DNA from: Candidatus Eiseniibacteriota bacterium
GTDB lineage: Bacteria > Orphanbacterota > Orphanbacteria > Orphanbacterales > Orphanbacteraceae
Length of the DNA stretch: 64,000 nt
Assembly (NCBI GenBank): GCA_043809585.1
Contig: JBDROZ010000070.1
Location: 79,122-143,121, forward strand
Reading direction: 5' to 3'
In this document: positions 51,813 through 60,770 of the stretch, one piece after another
How positions within the stretch are numbered: the stretch's first letter is position 1
How the letters are laid out: each line of letters opens with the position of its first letter
The notes under the pieces: generated by a model
What the model saw: only the letters and a program-made list of their open reading frames with translations
Database searches by the model: none
What the model was told of the DNA's origin: nothing
Position numbers and translations under genes: made by a program

Positions 51813-52544
51813 TTACATCCGAAGCGCCTGGGCGCGGTCGAAATTCAGCTCCACGCCGGCCCAATCAACCACGTTCCACCAGGACGCGAGGTAGTCGCCC
51901 CGCTTGTTCTGGTACTTCAAATAGTAGGCGTGCTCCCAGACGTCGACCATGAGAAGGGGGACCGCCCCGTTCAAGAGGGAGTTCTGGTGATTCAGCACGG
52001 CCACGGTGTAGAGGCGGTGGAAGAATGGGTGGTAAACGAGCGCCCCCCAACCGTTTCCCTCTACCTGCGCGGCCGCGGCGGTGAACTGAGCCATCAGGGC
52101 GTCGAGATTGCCGAAGTCACGGCCGATGAGCCGCGCCAGTTCGCCGGCCGGGCGCTTCCGCGCTTCTTTCGCGGGCTTCATGTTGTTCCAGAAGAGCACG
52201 TGATTGAAGTGGCCGTTGCCGTGGAAGGCGAGATCCCGCTCGAGAGAGGCGATCCCGCCGAAGTCCTTCGTCTGCCGCGCCAAGACGAGCGCCTTCTCCG
52301 CCCCGTTCAGTCCCTTCACGTATCCGGCGTGATGCTTGTCGTGGTGGAGGCGCATGGTCTCCTCGTCGATGTACGGCTCGAGGGCGTCGTACGCGTACGG
52401 AAGAGGGGGCAGAACGTGCTCGCCCGGACGGGGCCCCTCCCCTCTCTTCCGCGGATCCTCGGCCAGGGCGAACCCGGGCAGGCCGGCGGCGGCTACACCG
52501 CCGAGAGCGGCCGCCGATTGCAGAAAACGGCGTCGTGACGGCAT
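51813..52544 (-). CDS. Fe/Mn superoxide dismutase with Tat signal peptide
   Basis: SRRRFLQ Tat motif; LPYAYDALEPYI, HHDKHH, DVWEHAYY. Confidence 0.95.
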   Translation of the reverse strand: MPSRRRFLQSAAALGGVAAAGLPGFALAEDPRKRGEGPRPGEHVLPPLPYAYDALEPYIDEETMRLHHDKHHAGYVKGLNGAEKALVLARQTKDFGGIASLERDLAFHGNGHFNHVLFWNNMKPAKEARKRPAGELARLIGRDFGNLDALMAQFTAAAAQVEGNGWGALVYHPFFHRLYTVAVLNHQNSLLNGAVPLLMVDVWEHAYYLKYQNKRGDYLASWWNVVDWAGVELNFDRAQALRM

Positions 52545-52623
52545 TTCGGTCCCCTTTCCTCGCGGGAAGCCCCCGCGTCGATGAGCGTCTCTTCTCCTAC
52601 CTATATATATGAAACGGACGGCG

Positions 52624-52660
52624 AACGAAAGCCCCCGCCGTCCGGATGGGCGGCAGGGGC
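52624..52660 (-). terminator. Rho-independent terminator after the DUF3078-like gene
   Basis: GC-rich hairpin followed by TTTCGTT on the minus strand. Confidence 0.65.
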
Positions 52661-52686
52661 GAGTGCATCAGCAGGGGAACCGGAGT

Positions 52687-53739
52687 TTACAGGAACCGGT
52701 AGGTCAGACCGATCGACATGGTCTGCTTGAACTGACCCGCCTTGCGGATCGCGGCCAGGACGTCGGGGCCGTTCCCCAAGTCATCATTTTCGTCGAGAAC
52801 CGGCGGCACGGTGTTGTCGTATTTGTCGTAAAGCCACCGGAGATAGAGATTGACCGACAGGTAGCTGGTGATCTGGGTGCTGAAAATGTTTTCCCAGTCC
52901 ACATCGAGCGCCATCGGGTAGTCGCTCACGTCGCTCGGAAGGCCCGCCAGGGTGAGGGCGTCCCCCGGGAGCGCGTCGAGACGGTCGCTGAACGAATAGA
53001 AGACCGGTTGGTAGAGGGAGAGCTTCGAGGTCCAGGTAACCTTGTCCTCCAAGACCTTGGTCTTGTAATCGGTGACCCACTCGAGACCCCCGTCGTTCGT
53101 CGATTCGCCGGTCGTGCCGTCTCCGAGGGCGAGGCTGTCCGGGTACTCGAAGAACCGCCGGTTGCTCTGGCGGAACGTGAAACCGATGCGGCTGAGAAGC
53201 TCCCGTTCCTCGGTCATCATGAACTGCCGCGCCACGCCCCCCGACTCCTTGAATTTCAGCGGGTTGAAATTGATGGTCCGCCCGGCCGGGTCGGTGACGT
53301 CTTGGAACTGGCTCTCGAAGCGTCCCGAGACGTACGGATCGACGATCCACCCGAGGGTGAACCGGAAGACCGTTTCGAAGTCGACGAGGTCCGTCGATTT
53401 CTCCGGCCTGTCCCAGCCCCGGGACTTGTCGTCCCGCACCACCTGCTGGTGGGTTTGGCCGAAGGCGAGTTTCAGCTGGTTCTTCCAGTTCACGGACGGC
53501 TTCAGCCGGCTCTCGAGCTGCCCGTTCGTGATGAAGGCCCACACCAGAGAGCCCTTGTCGCCTCCGCTCCAGTTGTCGCTGTAAGAACTCTGGGTGAAGT
53601 TCAGCCCGCTTTCGAGGCTCGGGTACCACTTCCCGACTTCGAGTACTTTCTTTTCCTCATCGGCGAAGGCGCCGCCGGCGAGAATGAACACTCCGAACAG
53701 TGCGGCCGTTCCGGCCGTCGTTCTCCATCGATCCCGCAT
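52687..53739 (-). CDS. DUF3078-like outer-membrane beta-barrel protein
   Basis: Signal peptide; LNFTQSSYSDNWSGG, WKNQLKLAFGQ, KSTD; C-terminal GLTYRFL. Confidence 0.8.
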   Translation of the reverse strand: MRDRWRTTAGTAALFGVFILAGGAFADEEKKVLEVGKWYPSLESGLNFTQSSYSDNWSGGDKGSLVWAFITNGQLESRLKPSVNWKNQLKLAFGQTHQQVVRDDKSRGWDRPEKSTDLVDFETVFRFTLGWIVDPYVSGRFESQFQDVTDPAGRTINFNPLKFKESGGVARQFMMTEERELLSRIGFTFRQSNRRFFEYPDSLALGDGTTGESTNDGGLEWVTDYKTKVLEDKVTWTSKLSLYQPVFYSFSDRLDALPGDALTLAGLPSDVSDYPMALDVDWENIFSTQITSYLSVNLYLRWLYDKYDNTVPPVLDENDDLGNGPDVLAAIRKAGQFKQTMSIGLTYRFL

Positions 53740-53958
53740 GCTCGGTTCCTCCATTCGGGGGGCCGCTCTTTCCGGGACCCGCCCGGAGAAATGCGCCCTT
53801 CCGATGTCCGCTTTTTCGGCGCCCTCAGGCCGAAGACGTGTTGACGTGATGGTCGATCCGGATCCCCGTTGGGCCGCCATCTCGCTTACGGATTGAAGGG
53901 CGACGTCCTTCCTTCTCTCCTTTCCGATTCATGGCGGGAGCGGCACCGGGCGCCGACC

Positions 53959-54780
53959 CTATGATTTTATTGCGTCTTGTAGGAAGATCCCATTCGAGAC
54001 GGCGGTCGTCACGCCGTTCGATTCGAGAAGCGTCATGATCGGCGTGAATCCCTTGATCACGCCCCGCCGCCCATGGATCTCCACCTCTTGACCGACCCGG
54101 AACGCCTTCCGGGCGTAGATGCCGGCGATGATGTTCCGGGTGATCTCCCGCGTGCCGAGGCCGAAGGAGAGGGCGAAGGAGAGAGCGAACCCGCCGAAGA
54201 CGATCAGCACGATCGAGTTGACGAAGGCCATGTCGATTCGGAGTTGGCCGATCGCGAGAATGATGACGACGAAGAAGATGAGCACCGACACCAGTCGCCC
54301 GAGAACCGGCGCGTAGTCGATTCCGGAGTCCTCCGCCGCCACCGTGACCGCCCGCCCGAGAAACTGGCCGACCGAGTTCCCGAAGAGAACGATCAGCAAC
54401 GCGGCGGTCACCCGTGGCAGATAGGAGAAGAACACGCTGATGGCGTCGCTGATCTCGTGAAGCCCGATCACCTGGGCGGCGGTCCGCACGAAAAGAACCA
54501 TGAGCAGCCAGAAGGCGACCCGGGGGAGCCAGCTGCTCGGCGGGTCTTGAAGGCCGATCCGCCGCAGGGAACCGACGACACCCGCCTTCTCCAGCATCGT
54601 GTCGAAACGGATTCGGGAGAGGAGGGCCCGGAACACGCGTTGGATGATCTTGGCGATCACCCACCCGACGAGAATGATGACGATGGCGGTCAGGAAGCGG
54701 GGGACGAAGTCGGTGACGTAGTCGAGCAGCCCGCGAAAAATGCCGCCCACCAAGGCGCCGATCGTGGGGGTCTCGTTCAT
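53959..54780 (-). CDS. CmpX-like small mechanosensitive channel (MscS family)
   Basis: Two conserved-TM-helix repeats (FVPRFLTAIVIILVGW, YLPRVTAALLIV); SFGLG.REI.RNIIAGIY; 273 aa. Confidence 0.88.
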   Translation of the reverse strand: MNETPTIGALVGGIFRGLLDYVTDFVPRFLTAIVIILVGWVIAKIIQRVFRALLSRIRFDTMLEKAGVVGSLRRIGLQDPPSSWLPRVAFWLLMVLFVRTAAQVIGLHEISDAISVFFSYLPRVTAALLIVLFGNSVGQFLGRAVTVAAEDSGIDYAPVLGRLVSVLIFFVVIILAIGQLRIDMAFVNSIVLIVFGGFALSFALSFGLGTREITRNIIAGIYARKAFRVGQEVEIHGRRGVIKGFTPIMTLLESNGVTTAVSNGIFLQDAIKS

Positions 54781-54781
54781 G

Positions 54782-55045
54782 TCAAGAATCTCCTTCCGTA
54801 CCGTCCCGGCCGAGGAAAAGGCCGACCAGGAGAGACCAGTACTCCCGGAAGACCTGGTTGAAACCGAACCAGGGAAGATCGAAAGCGTGGGCCGCGAAAA
54901 CCCGCCGCTCCACGCTCCTCACGACGCGGCCGAAGAAATCCTCAGGCGCTTCTTCCCCCAGGCCGGCGAGTTCGGCAATCGGCTCACCCGGATCCACGTC
55001 TTCCTCGTCAGGCCCCCCCCCGCCGTTCCGTTGTCGATCGATCAT
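54782..55045 (-). CDS. Small protein between ECF sigma and CmpX (CfrX-like putative anti-sigma)
   Basis: 87 aa, tightly packed in the operon; amphipathic/hydrophobic C-terminus. Confidence 0.65.
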   Translation of the reverse strand: MIDRQRNGGGGPDEEDVDPGEPIAELAGLGEEAPEDFFGRVVRSVERRVFAAHAFDLPWFGFNQVFREYWSLLVGLFLGRDGTEGDS

Positions 55046-55055
55046 GCGTTTCCCC

Positions 55056-55637
55056 TCAGACGGCTCCCCGCCGGGGCCCGTAGGCCTCCCGGAACTTCTC
55101 TCTCGCCCGTTTCAGCCTCATTTTCAACGCCGAGAGGCCGATGCCCAATTCGTCCGCCGCTTCCTGATACGAGAGCCCGTCGAGGTCGCAGAGAATCAGA
55201 GGGATCCGGAGCGTTTCGGTCAGGGAGTCGAGCACCTGCCTGATCCTCGCCCGGTCCGCCCCCGCTTCCACTTCGCCCGTCGCCCTTTCCTCGACGCGCA
55301 TCTCCTCGGCGGCGAGCGCTTTCGGGTCATCCGCGTCGAGAAACACCTTCCCTCTCCGCTTCCGGATATGATTCAGGCAGTGGTTGATCTTGATCCGCTG
55401 CACCCAGGTCTTGAACATCGAACGCCGCTCGAAGGAGGGAAGGGCGAAGTACACCTTCACGAACACCTCCTGGGCCAGGTCTTTCGCCTCTTCCGCCGAC
55501 CCCGAGAGGTAGCGGCAATTCGCGAGGACGCCCGCCTGGTGGCGGTGGACGAGTGCTTCGAACGCCCGGTGGTCCCCTTCGAGGGCGCTCTGGGCTTCCT
55601 CCACGAGAATCTCGTCGGGGCGTTCTTCTGGCTCCAT
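55056..55637 (-). CDS. ECF sigma factor, SigX-like
   Basis: DEILV..AFEALVHRH, DLAQEVFVKVY, FKTW, LSYQEAADELGIGLSALKMRLKRAR. Confidence 0.92.
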   Translation of the reverse strand: MEPEERPDEILVEEAQSALEGDHRAFEALVHRHQAGVLANCRYLSGSAEEAKDLAQEVFVKVYFALPSFERRSMFKTWVQRIKINHCLNHIRKRRGKVFLDADDPKALAAEEMRVEERATGEVEAGADRARIRQVLDSLTETLRIPLILCDLDGLSYQEAADELGIGLSALKMRLKRAREKFREAYGPRRGAV

Positions 55638-55647
55638 GGGCGGCCTC

Positions 55648-55678
55648 GTTGACCCGTCGGCGGCGGCGGGAGTCACAT
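55648..55678 (-). promoter_or_regulatory. Putative autoregulated ECF promoter TGTGAC-N17-GGTCAA
   Basis: ATGTGACTCCCGCCG matches 56255-56269 at 14/15 positions; -10 lies just upstream of the sigma ATG. Confidence 0.55.
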
Positions 55679-56254
55679 GCCGCGGCCGGAAATGAGAAAA
55701 AGGCTGTGGCTGTCCGGGAGACGGGGTTTCGCCCCCCGAGTCGAGCCGAATGATAACAACGAGGATAGGCACATCCAAGGGTCATCGCCCATCCCTCTTC
55801 CCGTCCCCCCCCTGTCGTCATGAAACGTGTTGCAATGGATTGAGTTGTGCGGCGGCCTCGGGGCTGGTAGACTGAAAAAGAAAGAGCACACCGGCCGGCC
55901 CGATGGGCCCGGCTATGCGAGAAACCCCCGCCGGGAGGAGAGCCGAAGGGGGATCTCGGCAATCTAACCTTGATCCTTCATAAAATCTCGGCGGAGAACG
56001 CCATCACTCGCGCGCCGGCACACCATCCGGAACCGTACCCGCCTTCACCATGACTCCCCTATTGTGATATACGCCCCCCATGGTTCGGGCCGCGTGCGGC
56101 CCCTTCCCCCGGACTTCTTTGATCCTCTCCTCCTGATCGTGCCGGGGATGTTATGCCGATGTCCGAGGTTCCCGGAGAAAGGGGGGCGGGCGCATGAGAA
56201 AACCGATTGACCGGTAATGAGTTGGGGGTCTCGGCCCGCCGGGCTCCCTCCCGG

Positions 56255-56284
56255 ATGTGACTTCCGCCGGGTATTCCTGTCCAA
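56255..56284 (+). promoter_or_regulatory. Putative ECF promoter TGTGAC-N16-TGTCCAA
   Basis: ATGTGACTTCCGCCG, twin of the motif upstream of the sigma gene; oriented toward the divergent channel-like gene. Confidence 0.55.
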
Positions 56285-56449
56285 GGGGTGTCGCCTCGCG
56301 ACGGGCAATTTGCGTATGGAATCGGGGGCGGGCTTCACCATCGAGCATTCACCATGACCGGGCCCGCCACCCGACTTTTCCCCGATTCACCGGTAAAGCG
56401 CCGGTACCGGGCCTTGCGCTCTGCCGGCGAGAAAGCAGGAGGACAGGAA

Positions 56450-57967
56450 ATGCAGGATCTGTGGAATCAAGTCAGCGACATGGTGGTCGGCAAGGTGCCG
56501 CAGCTCGTCGGCGCCCTCGCGATTCTCGTCGTCGGCTGGCTGGTGGCTCTGGTCATGGCCGCCGTCGTTCGCGGCGCGATGCGCCGAACGGGACTGGGCG
56601 ACCGGATCGGCCTCTGGATCCGCGGAAACGAGCCCGGCCGCGAGATCGACGTGCCTCGAACAACGGGGAAAGCGACGTTCTACATCCTAATGCTCCTCGT
56701 TCTCGTCGGCTTCCTCCAGGTTCTGGGACTGACGATCGTCACCGAGCCGATCAACGACTTCCTCGGCCGCCTGTTCGAGTTCCTTCCGCGGCTTCTGGGC
56801 GCGGTGGTGCTTCTGGTGGTCGCCTGGTTCGTGGCGACGGGACTCCGTCTCGTGGTATCCCGCGGATTGAGCGCGACCGGTGTCGACGATCGGGTCGCCG
56901 CCACCACGGGCCGGGACGGCGCCGCGGTGCCGCTCTCGAAGACCCTCGGGGACGTCGCCTACTGGCTCGTCTTCCTGATCTTCCTCCCCGCGATCCTTGG
57001 CGCCCTCGCCCTTCACGGGCTTCTCGATCCGGTGAGGAGCATGACCGCCCAGGTCCTCGGTTTCCTGCCCAACGTGGCCGGGGCGGCGCTCATCATGGTC
57101 GTCGGGTGGTTCGTGGCGAAGATCGTGCGGCGCATCGTGGCCGGACTTCTCTCGGCGGCCGGCGCGGACCGGCTCGGTGAAGGAGTCGGCCTCTCCACCG
57201 CCGCGGGCGGCACGGGGCTTTCCGGGCTCCTCGCCGTGGTGGTCTACGTGATGATCCTCGTGCCCGTGGCGGTTTCCGCTTTGGGCGCGCTCGAGCTCGA
57301 GGCGATCACCGGCCCGGCGAGCCACATGCTCGACGTCCTCTGGGGCGCGCTACCGAGCGTCTTCGGCGCCCTTCTCGTGCTCGCCTTCTCCTACGGTGTC
57401 GGCCGGATCGTGTCGAACTTCGTGTCCGGCGTGCTGCAAGGGGCGGGATTCAACAGGGTGGCGGTCCGGCTGCGTCTCGCCCGGGAAGCCACGGAGGGGG
57501 CGTGGAGCCCGTCCGGCCTGGTGGGGCGCCTGATCCTCCTCGTGATCATGCTCTTCGCCTTCACCGAGGCCCTGAACATGCTCGGTTTCGAGGCGGTGGG
57601 CGAACTCGTCGCCGAGGTCCTCGCCTTCACGGGTCAGGTCATCCTCGGTCTCGTGATCTTTGCGGTCGGCCTCTACCTCTCGTACATGATCGCCGACACG
57701 ATCCGGGCGAGCGGGCTCACCCACGCGCCGGTTCTCGCCACGGCGGCGCGCACCGCCATTCTCCTCCTCGTGGGCGCCATGGCTCTCCGCCGGATGGGAC
57801 TGGCGAACGAAATCATCCAGCTCGCCTTCGCCCTCGTTCTCGGCGCGGCGGCGGTCGCCTTCGCGATCGCTTTCGGCGTGGGCGGAAGGGAGTATGCGGC
57901 GCGGCAGATCGACCGGTGGCGCGGCTCCGCGGGAACCCCGGCCGGCGGCGGGCGGGAGTCGCGGTAA
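56450..57967 (+). CDS. Conserved-TM-helix repeat (expanded CmpX-like) mechanosensitive channel family membrane protein
   Basis: About five repeats such as VPQLVGALAILVVGW, LPRLLGAVVLLVVAW, LPNVAGAALIMVVGW; C-terminal AFGVGGRE. Confidence 0.88.
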   Translation: MQDLWNQVSDMVVGKVPQLVGALAILVVGWLVALVMAAVVRGAMRRTGLGDRIGLWIRGNEPGREIDVPRTTGKATFYILMLLVLVGFLQVLGLTIVTEPINDFLGRLFEFLPRLLGAVVLLVVAWFVATGLRLVVSRGLSATGVDDRVAATTGRDGAAVPLSKTLGDVAYWLVFLIFLPAILGALALHGLLDPVRSMTAQVLGFLPNVAGAALIMVVGWFVAKIVRRIVAGLLSAAGADRLGEGVGLSTAAGGTGLSGLLAVVVYVMILVPVAVSALGALELEAITGPASHMLDVLWGALPSVFGALLVLAFSYGVGRIVSNFVSGVLQGAGFNRVAVRLRLAREATEGAWSPSGLVGRLILLVIMLFAFTEALNMLGFEAVGELVAEVLAFTGQVILGLVIFAVGLYLSYMIADTIRASGLTHAPVLATAARTAILLLVGAMALRRMGLANEIIQLAFALVLGAAAVAFAIAFGVGGREYAARQIDRWRGSAGTPAGGGRESR

Positions 57968-58033
57968 GAGGCGCGCCCCACTCGGTACCGAAAGTACGAT
58001 TCTGGCCAGATAACCGGCCAAACGAAAAGAAGA

Positions 58034-58064
58034 AGAGCCCCCGCCGATCAGAGGCGGGGGCTCT
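58034..58064. terminator. Terminator hairpin between convergent genes
   Basis: AGAGCCCCCGCC / GGCGGGGGCTCT perfect stem; T-rich tail on the minus strand. Confidence 0.8.
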
Positions 58065-58087
58065 CGTCGCTTCGGAGTGTCGGCTTC

Positions 58088-60679
58088 CTATCGAATGAGG
58101 ACCATTTTTCGGATCTCCCTCAGTTCGTTCGTCTCGATGCGATAGAGGTAGATGCCGGACGCGACCTCTTTGCCGGAGTCGTTCCGGCCGTCCCAGAGGA
58201 CGCGATGGCTTCCCGCGTCCCGTCCCTCGGCGGGGACGAGCGCGCGGATGAGCCGGCCGGAGATGTCGTAGACCCGGAGATCGACGACCGACGGTTTCGC
58301 GAGATCGAAGCGGATCTCCGTGGTCGGGTTGAACGGATTCGGCGCGTTGCCGACCAATCTCGTCCGTACCGGGGCGTCGCCCGCGACGATCGTCGTCGCC
58401 TGGTAGCCGCGGATCACGAAGTCGTCGAAGTAGAACCCGTCCTGGTGGATTGACGAGTCGGTCATGAAACGGAACCGGAACCGAACGTCGGTTTCGCTCT
58501 GCCACGGCCCTAGATCGACCACATTCTCGACCCAAGTCGTCTGGCTCCCCTCGAAGATCGGAATGCCGCTCGGGCGCTGCGCCCCCTGGCCGCTCGCCGA
58601 GTGGGTGTACGCCGTCGCCACCGGAGTCCAGATGGTTCCGCCGTTCGTGGAGATCTCGAGCTTGCAGCAGTCCCAGTTGTCCTCGATCTGCCAGCGGGCC
58701 CAGAAGCTGAGCGAGCAGCTCTCCGCCGCGGAGAGATCGACCGGGAAGGCCATGACGCAGTCGTTCGTGTCCTGGTCGGCGTAGGTGCCTCCCGGGCTGT
58801 CCGTCATGGAGTTACCCGGGCTGTGGCTCTGGGTCGACGTGAGGCCCCATCCACCGGTCCACTGGGAGGCGCCCCCTTCGAAGTCGTCCTCGAAGAGGAC
58901 CGCGTAATCGACCACGTCGAGCTGGAAGTTCTCGGTCTCGTTCGCCTGGTTCACGGTGACGACCCGGTTCTGGGTGCCGTGGTCCGGGGCGCCGACGCGG
59001 AAGTTGTAGTCGCCGTAGTCCAGACCGACCGAATAGGCACCGCCGATTCCGCCGTCGCTCGAGGCCGTGGTGACGTATACGTCGCCCGGATAGGTGCGCA
59101 CCTCGATGGTGGCGTCCAGTCCCGTGCCCGTTCCGGACTCGGTCACGGTCCCCGCCACCAGGCCGCTGCCGGCGGGATCGAGGGCCACGTTGATCACCGT
59201 CGCGGCCCCCCAGTTCACGGACACGCCGTACTCGGTGTGGGGGGTGTAGCCGGCGGCCGAGTAGGTGATGTCGAAGGTCCCCGTGTGGAGGAGTTTGTAG
59301 TAGTCCCCGTAATCCTGGTCCGTCGAGACGGACTTCGAGATCCCCGCCGCCGTGATCGTCGCGGCCAGAGGGAGTCCCGTGTCGGAGCCCGTGACGACTC
59401 CGTTCACGCCGTACCGGGCGGCCTTGATCCAGTGAATGAAGCTCTGCTTGTTGTCGTTCAGCCAGAGGTTGTCGAGGGAGCTCGCCGGCGGCTGATAGGA
59501 GTTCGAGAACTCGATGATCACGTGGATGCAGCCGGTTTCCTGGTACGACCAGTCCTGAATGCTCCCCCTCGTCACGTACCAGAGCGCGCCCCTCGTGATT
59601 CCGCGCGAGAAAGAGCCGTTGTACATGGGCAGGTTGTAGGTCGAGTACTCGAGGGCGAGCTTCTCAATCGCCGCGTCGTCCGGCGTCAGGTCGTAGATGT
59701 AGTCCCAAGGATAGTTCACGACGAGAGCGCCGCTGTGGCCGTCTTCGCCGATCACGAAGTTGTGGTTGAAGCTGTAGTTCTTGTAGTGGATGGTCTCGAC
59801 CTGCTCCGTGTACGTGCCGTCGTCGCCGATGCTCCCGTCCGGAACGGGGAAGTTCCGGTTCAGGTCGACGCCGTTCGCGTTCTGGCGGGTCCCCGCGACC
59901 AGGCCGTCGACGTTGTGACAGGGAATGATGTGCATGTCGAAGTTGTTCACGAGGTACGCCGCGTCCGCGTCGGTTCCGTACTCGTCGGTCAGGAACTCGA
60001 TCAGATAGAGCAGCATCTCGAGGCCGGGCGGCTCGTTGCCGTGCATGGTGCTCGACATGCGCACCTCGGGCTCCGCCTCTTCGCTCCCCACGTTGTCCGA
60101 AATGTGAATGCCCCAGATCGGCCGGCCCTGGACCGAGTTGCCGATGATGAATGTGTCGGCGATCGCCGGGTGGTCGAGCATGGTCTGGTAGAGGATGGCG
60201 CCGATCTGGGCGTGGGTGTGGTAGACGCCCCTCTCGCCGAGGGTGAGCGCGTCGCCTCCCCGCTCCGCTTGCTCCGCCCAGATGCGCTCGGCTTCCCTCC
60301 GGACCTCCTGCTCCTTGTCGGGCAAGGTCTCGAATGCGTAGCCGGCCCGGATCAGCTCCCGGGACTCCGCGGCGGTGACTCGGGTTTCGAAGACGATGTG
60401 ATAGTTCTTCAGGTCGTCCCAAACGATGCCGACCTGCTCCCGGTGGAACGACGCGATCGGCACGCGGCCGAGGAGTTCAAGCAACTCCTCGTGGCCGCCG
60501 AGTTCGAGCCGCACGGGAAAGTCGTCGTACACACGGACCTCCCAGAGAGGCAGCCCGCGTTCGTCCAAGGGAATCCGGTCCGCGTCCGCTCCGCCGGCGG
60601 CGAGTGCAAGGACGAGGGCGAGGAGGACCGGTCCGATCGGAAGAAACGGGGGAGTCTTCCGGTGTTGGTCCATGCGCAT
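58088..60679 (-). CDS. Secreted M14 zinc carboxypeptidase with regulatory-like and jelly-roll domains and FlgD-Ig/T9SS-like tail
   Basis: MHGNE, NANGVDLNRNF, HSGALVVNYPWD, GSIQDW, GDYYKLL; APNPFNPTT...GIYLY..KMVLIR. Confidence 0.92.
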   Translation of the reverse strand: MRMDQHRKTPPFLPIGPVLLALVLALAAGGADADRIPLDERGLPLWEVRVYDDFPVRLELGGHEELLELLGRVPIASFHREQVGIVWDDLKNYHIVFETRVTAAESRELIRAGYAFETLPDKEQEVRREAERIWAEQAERGGDALTLGERGVYHTHAQIGAILYQTMLDHPAIADTFIIGNSVQGRPIWGIHISDNVGSEEAEPEVRMSSTMHGNEPPGLEMLLYLIEFLTDEYGTDADAAYLVNNFDMHIIPCHNVDGLVAGTRQNANGVDLNRNFPVPDGSIGDDGTYTEQVETIHYKNYSFNHNFVIGEDGHSGALVVNYPWDYIYDLTPDDAAIEKLALEYSTYNLPMYNGSFSRGITRGALWYVTRGSIQDWSYQETGCIHVIIEFSNSYQPPASSLDNLWLNDNKQSFIHWIKAARYGVNGVVTGSDTGLPLAATITAAGISKSVSTDQDYGDYYKLLHTGTFDITYSAAGYTPHTEYGVSVNWGAATVINVALDPAGSGLVAGTVTESGTGTGLDATIEVRTYPGDVYVTTASSDGGIGGAYSVGLDYGDYNFRVGAPDHGTQNRVVTVNQANETENFQLDVVDYAVLFEDDFEGGASQWTGGWGLTSTQSHSPGNSMTDSPGGTYADQDTNDCVMAFPVDLSAAESCSLSFWARWQIEDNWDCCKLEISTNGGTIWTPVATAYTHSASGQGAQRPSGIPIFEGSQTTWVENVVDLGPWQSETDVRFRFRFMTDSSIHQDGFYFDDFVIRGYQATTIVAGDAPVRTRLVGNAPNPFNPTTEIRFDLAKPSVVDLRVYDISGRLIRALVPAEGRDAGSHRVLWDGRNDSGKEVASGIYLYRIETNELREIRKMVLIR

Positions 60680-60770
60680 TGCTATTCTCCTCATTCGGTT
60701 ATGGGGGGACGGACAGGACCGCCGCCGCCGGGCGGCGGCCCTTGTCCTCGCTGCGTCTATGCCGGGCCTT

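Noticed and set aside
55890-56050. GGAGAG..CCGAAG segment resembling a glycine riboswitch
   Set aside because: Lacks the conserved GCAA and CUCUCAGG elements and has no fitting downstream gene
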